Assembly: GCF_964355755.1 (NCBI RefSeq)
Contig: NC_092678.1
Span: 8,262,422-8,326,421 of the forward strand
DNA length: 64,000 nt
Reading direction: 5' to 3'
Source: Antedon mediterranea
Taxonomy: Eukaryota > Animalia > Echinodermata
In this document: positions 61,594-64,000 of the stretch, one piece after another
Numbering within the stretch: the stretch's first letter is position 1
How the letters are laid out: every line of letters starts with the position of its first letter
Notes under the pieces: generated by a model
The model's database searches: none
Told to the model about the DNA's origin: nothing
Seen by the model: only the letters and a program-made list of their open reading frames with translations
Program-made: the position numbers and the translations under genes

Positions 61594-62879
61594 TTCAATC
61601 AGCTGGTGTTTAACAATGCTCGCAATTTTCTCGGCTAGGTCATTGAAAATACTCGTATTTCCTTTAATTATATTGGAAATTTCATTTTGTACAGTAATAG
61701 TAAGCGGTTTCACATCAATGACAGGTGCTGTATCAACACTCCTTACCGCTGTCCTTTTTACCACCTTTCCTTGTATTCTTTCCGGCATGATGGTGTATTA
61801 ATACGTACATGTACAGCAGACAAAAACCGACAAGTAAATGCTAGGCTACAGGAGTGCCCTAACACAACAACTGTCCTGCGGTAAATTTGAACTGTCACCG
61901 CGTAGTGAGGCTGAATGTAGTGAGGCTAGAGAGAGCGTTGATACGGCGTCACCAGCAAATGTGGAGACATGCACGTTTTATGGACCTAATTATGGACCTA
62001 TCCATCTGTCCATTAATTAGGTTCATGGTTGAAACATCGAGAAACAGTATTTCAGAACTAGAAAGCCACTCCGAGAGTGCATACCTCCGCCTACTGTAAA
62101 TTCTCCGGATTTCTCCGGAATATATATTATATATCTATCTATAATGCTGTTTGTGATTTAGGCTAATTTCTCTACAAACATGTGTATGCGAGTTTGGTGT
62201 AAATGTTATGTAACCAGCCTTTCAACTAACAATAGTTTCAGCTGACTATCAATAATTTCAATTAGTTGAAATTGTTTATAGCATGCCGATCTATGTTATA
62301 TACTGTATATATAGATATATATAGATGAATTATATTTTCTTTATCAACAAAACCATTAAATCTGGTTTCAGTTTTCCAAGAGATTCCTAGGCCTCAGCAA
62401 TTATTATATCAATTATTATATATATATAAACACAATAGGCAAAGAACATAAATTCTAAACCGCCCGGTGATATACTGAAATTTAATTAATTAATTTGAAA
62501 CGATATATATATATATTTTATCTGTATTTTATTTTTAACCGTTTTTGATGTTGTATTGTTTTATGTTTCAAACCTGTCAGTGGCGGTATTTATCGCTGTT
62601 GGTTTTGACTGAATAAAAAAAAAAAATAAATAAATAAAATTAAAAAAAAAATTAAAAATAAAAAAAAAATTAAAAAAAAAATAAATAAAAAAAAAAAATA
62701 TAGGCCTAGGCCTATAAAAAAAAAAAAAAAAAAAAAAAAATAGAACAGGAACGCAAAAAAAAAGGAGTGAATTTGAAAAGAAATAGGTATCAAAAAACCT
62801 CTTCATCAAATCAAATTTTGTAAGTTAAGTTTTAAAAGTACAAATAACTCTGTCATATTTGCAGGTCTGAAAATAATAC

Positions 62880-63048
62880 TAACAAGTGGTCCAGAATTGG
62901 GGCCTGGTCCGGATTTCCTCCAAAATTTAATGGAGTGGTCCTTGATCACATTCATTTTGGTAAAGATCTTGGAATAACCTTTTGAGTAATCCTGCTAACA
63001 AACAAACAGGCACACGCGATCGCTTACATACCTCCTTGGCGGAGGAAA
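62880..63048 (+). mobile_element. 3' end of a Helentron/HINE-like repeat
   Basis: (AAAC)n followed by the ACATACCTCCTTGGCGGAGG terminal hairpin. Confidence 0.5.
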
Positions 63049-63327
63049 ACTATACATACGACGTTGGTGTATCGCAAACGTTATATCAACATCTGTCCAT
63101 GGTTATATCAGAGGGCAGTCAACAATCAGCGTCAAGTATGATCCGCCAACCAATCACGATTAAGTTTGCAGTTAGGATTTAGCCTATCCGCGTTGTGTAA
63201 TTCCTAATAATGTAATAGGGAATCTTCCAATCATCAAGCAGTTTAATCATCCAAGAGATTCAGCCAATCGCGGTGACTGTCTATTATGGCTTTTAGTTTT
63301 TATAAATATCAGTATATCAGTATAAAT

Positions 63328-63790
63328 TACGGCCACACTGCGTGAAACACCGGTTCTCGTTAGATCACCGAAGTTAATATACGTTGGGCCTGGTTGGTTG
63401 CGTTCTGGATGAGAGACCGTCCAGAAATCGCGGCCGGTGCTGCTGTATATACTGGAGAGTGATGGTGTAATGGTAATATCGGACTAGCATGTGATAGGCA
63501 TGGGTTCGAGGTTATCTGTACCATACTAATTACATCATTAGGCAAGATGCTTTACTCGCATTGCCTCATCCTTCGGATGGGATGTAAAGCCGTTGGTCCC
63601 GTGTACTTAACAGTGCACGTTAAAGAACTTGGTACATTATTCGAAAAGAGTAGGGGATCGTCTGGTCTGGTGTGCTGATCTGATAGGCACTGCACTGCTG
63701 GTTGCCGTGGGTCCGTTGAGGGTCTAATCCGAATTTCCTCAGTTTCCAGTTAAGCTTGAGGACAAATATAAATACCTTTACCTTTACCTA
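63328..63790 (+). mobile_element. Composite SINE: 5S rRNA-derived head + tRNA-like segment + Deu/Nin-like core + (TACCTT)n tail
   Basis: 63328-63447 aligns by eye to 5S rRNA (TACGGCCA..CTCGT..GATC..GAAG..GGGCCTGGTT..TGGATG.GAGACCG..GGTGCTG). A/B boxes TGGTGTAATGG and GGTTCGAG. Core GTGCACGTTAAAGAAC..GAGTAGGGG. Confidence 0.8.
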
Positions 63791-64000
63791 TTTTATCATT
63801 GTCTTAATTACTTTGTTAAAAGGACGAATTAACAGTTTACTATGCCAATATTTGTTTCCCTTAACATATATATATTACATATGTTACATTAAAATAACTC
63901 GGTTAGTATACAACTTAACTGATATGATACAATTAAGTAGACTTTTTTCCCCAATGAGCTAATTTTCGTGCTTTTAATTTTGCTCGTTAGCCTACTGTAC

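Larger units (their letters stand above)
57028..61788 (-). pseudogene. L2-like LINE ORF1 (coiled coil + RRM-like), split by a DNA transposon
   Basis: Removing 57608-61593 plus one TTCA restores the frame ...KHQLIE-SITQIVTD..EQYSRRNCLIIQGIEE..HRLG..ENLT. Confidence 0.85.
49068..62100 (-). mobile_element. Near full-length L2/CR1-group LINE (~4.3 kb) split into three by two nested insertions
   Basis: 5' UTR and ORF1 start (~62100-61594); rest of ORF1 plus APE N-terminus (57607-56338); APE end, RT and 3' UTR with (TAAA)n tail (51634-49068). Confidence 0.9.

Noticed and set aside
62561-62809. Phe-rich ORFs
   Set aside because: Translation of poly(A)/low-complexity DNA.
63328-63447. Functional 5S rRNA gene
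   Set aside because: Diverged with indels, single copy, no T-run terminator, and fused to a SINE body.

Overview
AT-rich animal genomic DNA, not prokaryotic. The profilin sequence and Deu-type SINEs suggest an echinoderm or related deuterostome. Host genes: two paralogous NLR-type immune genes (NACHT-LRR with hydrophobic C-termini; the second has an upstream tandem DED-like exon and a small hydrophobic exon), a single-exon ~989-aa multi-pass membrane protein of unknown family, a two-exon caveolin followed by a CRISPR-looking modular minisatellite built from its own stop-codon region, and an intronless profilin carrying a predicted N-terminal signal peptide. Much of the rest is transposable elements: a decayed Gmr1-type Gypsy LTR element (PR-INT-RT-RH order), two Penelope-like elements with hammerhead-ribozyme motifs, L2/CR1-group, Rex1-like and RTE LINE pieces, a Tx1/L1 LINE with intact ORF2 nested in a near full-length L2-like LINE, tRNA- and 5S-derived SINEs, and many MITEs. 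All calls are by eye from the sequence and ORF track. No searches were run, and repeat boundaries are approximate unless a TSD is quoted.
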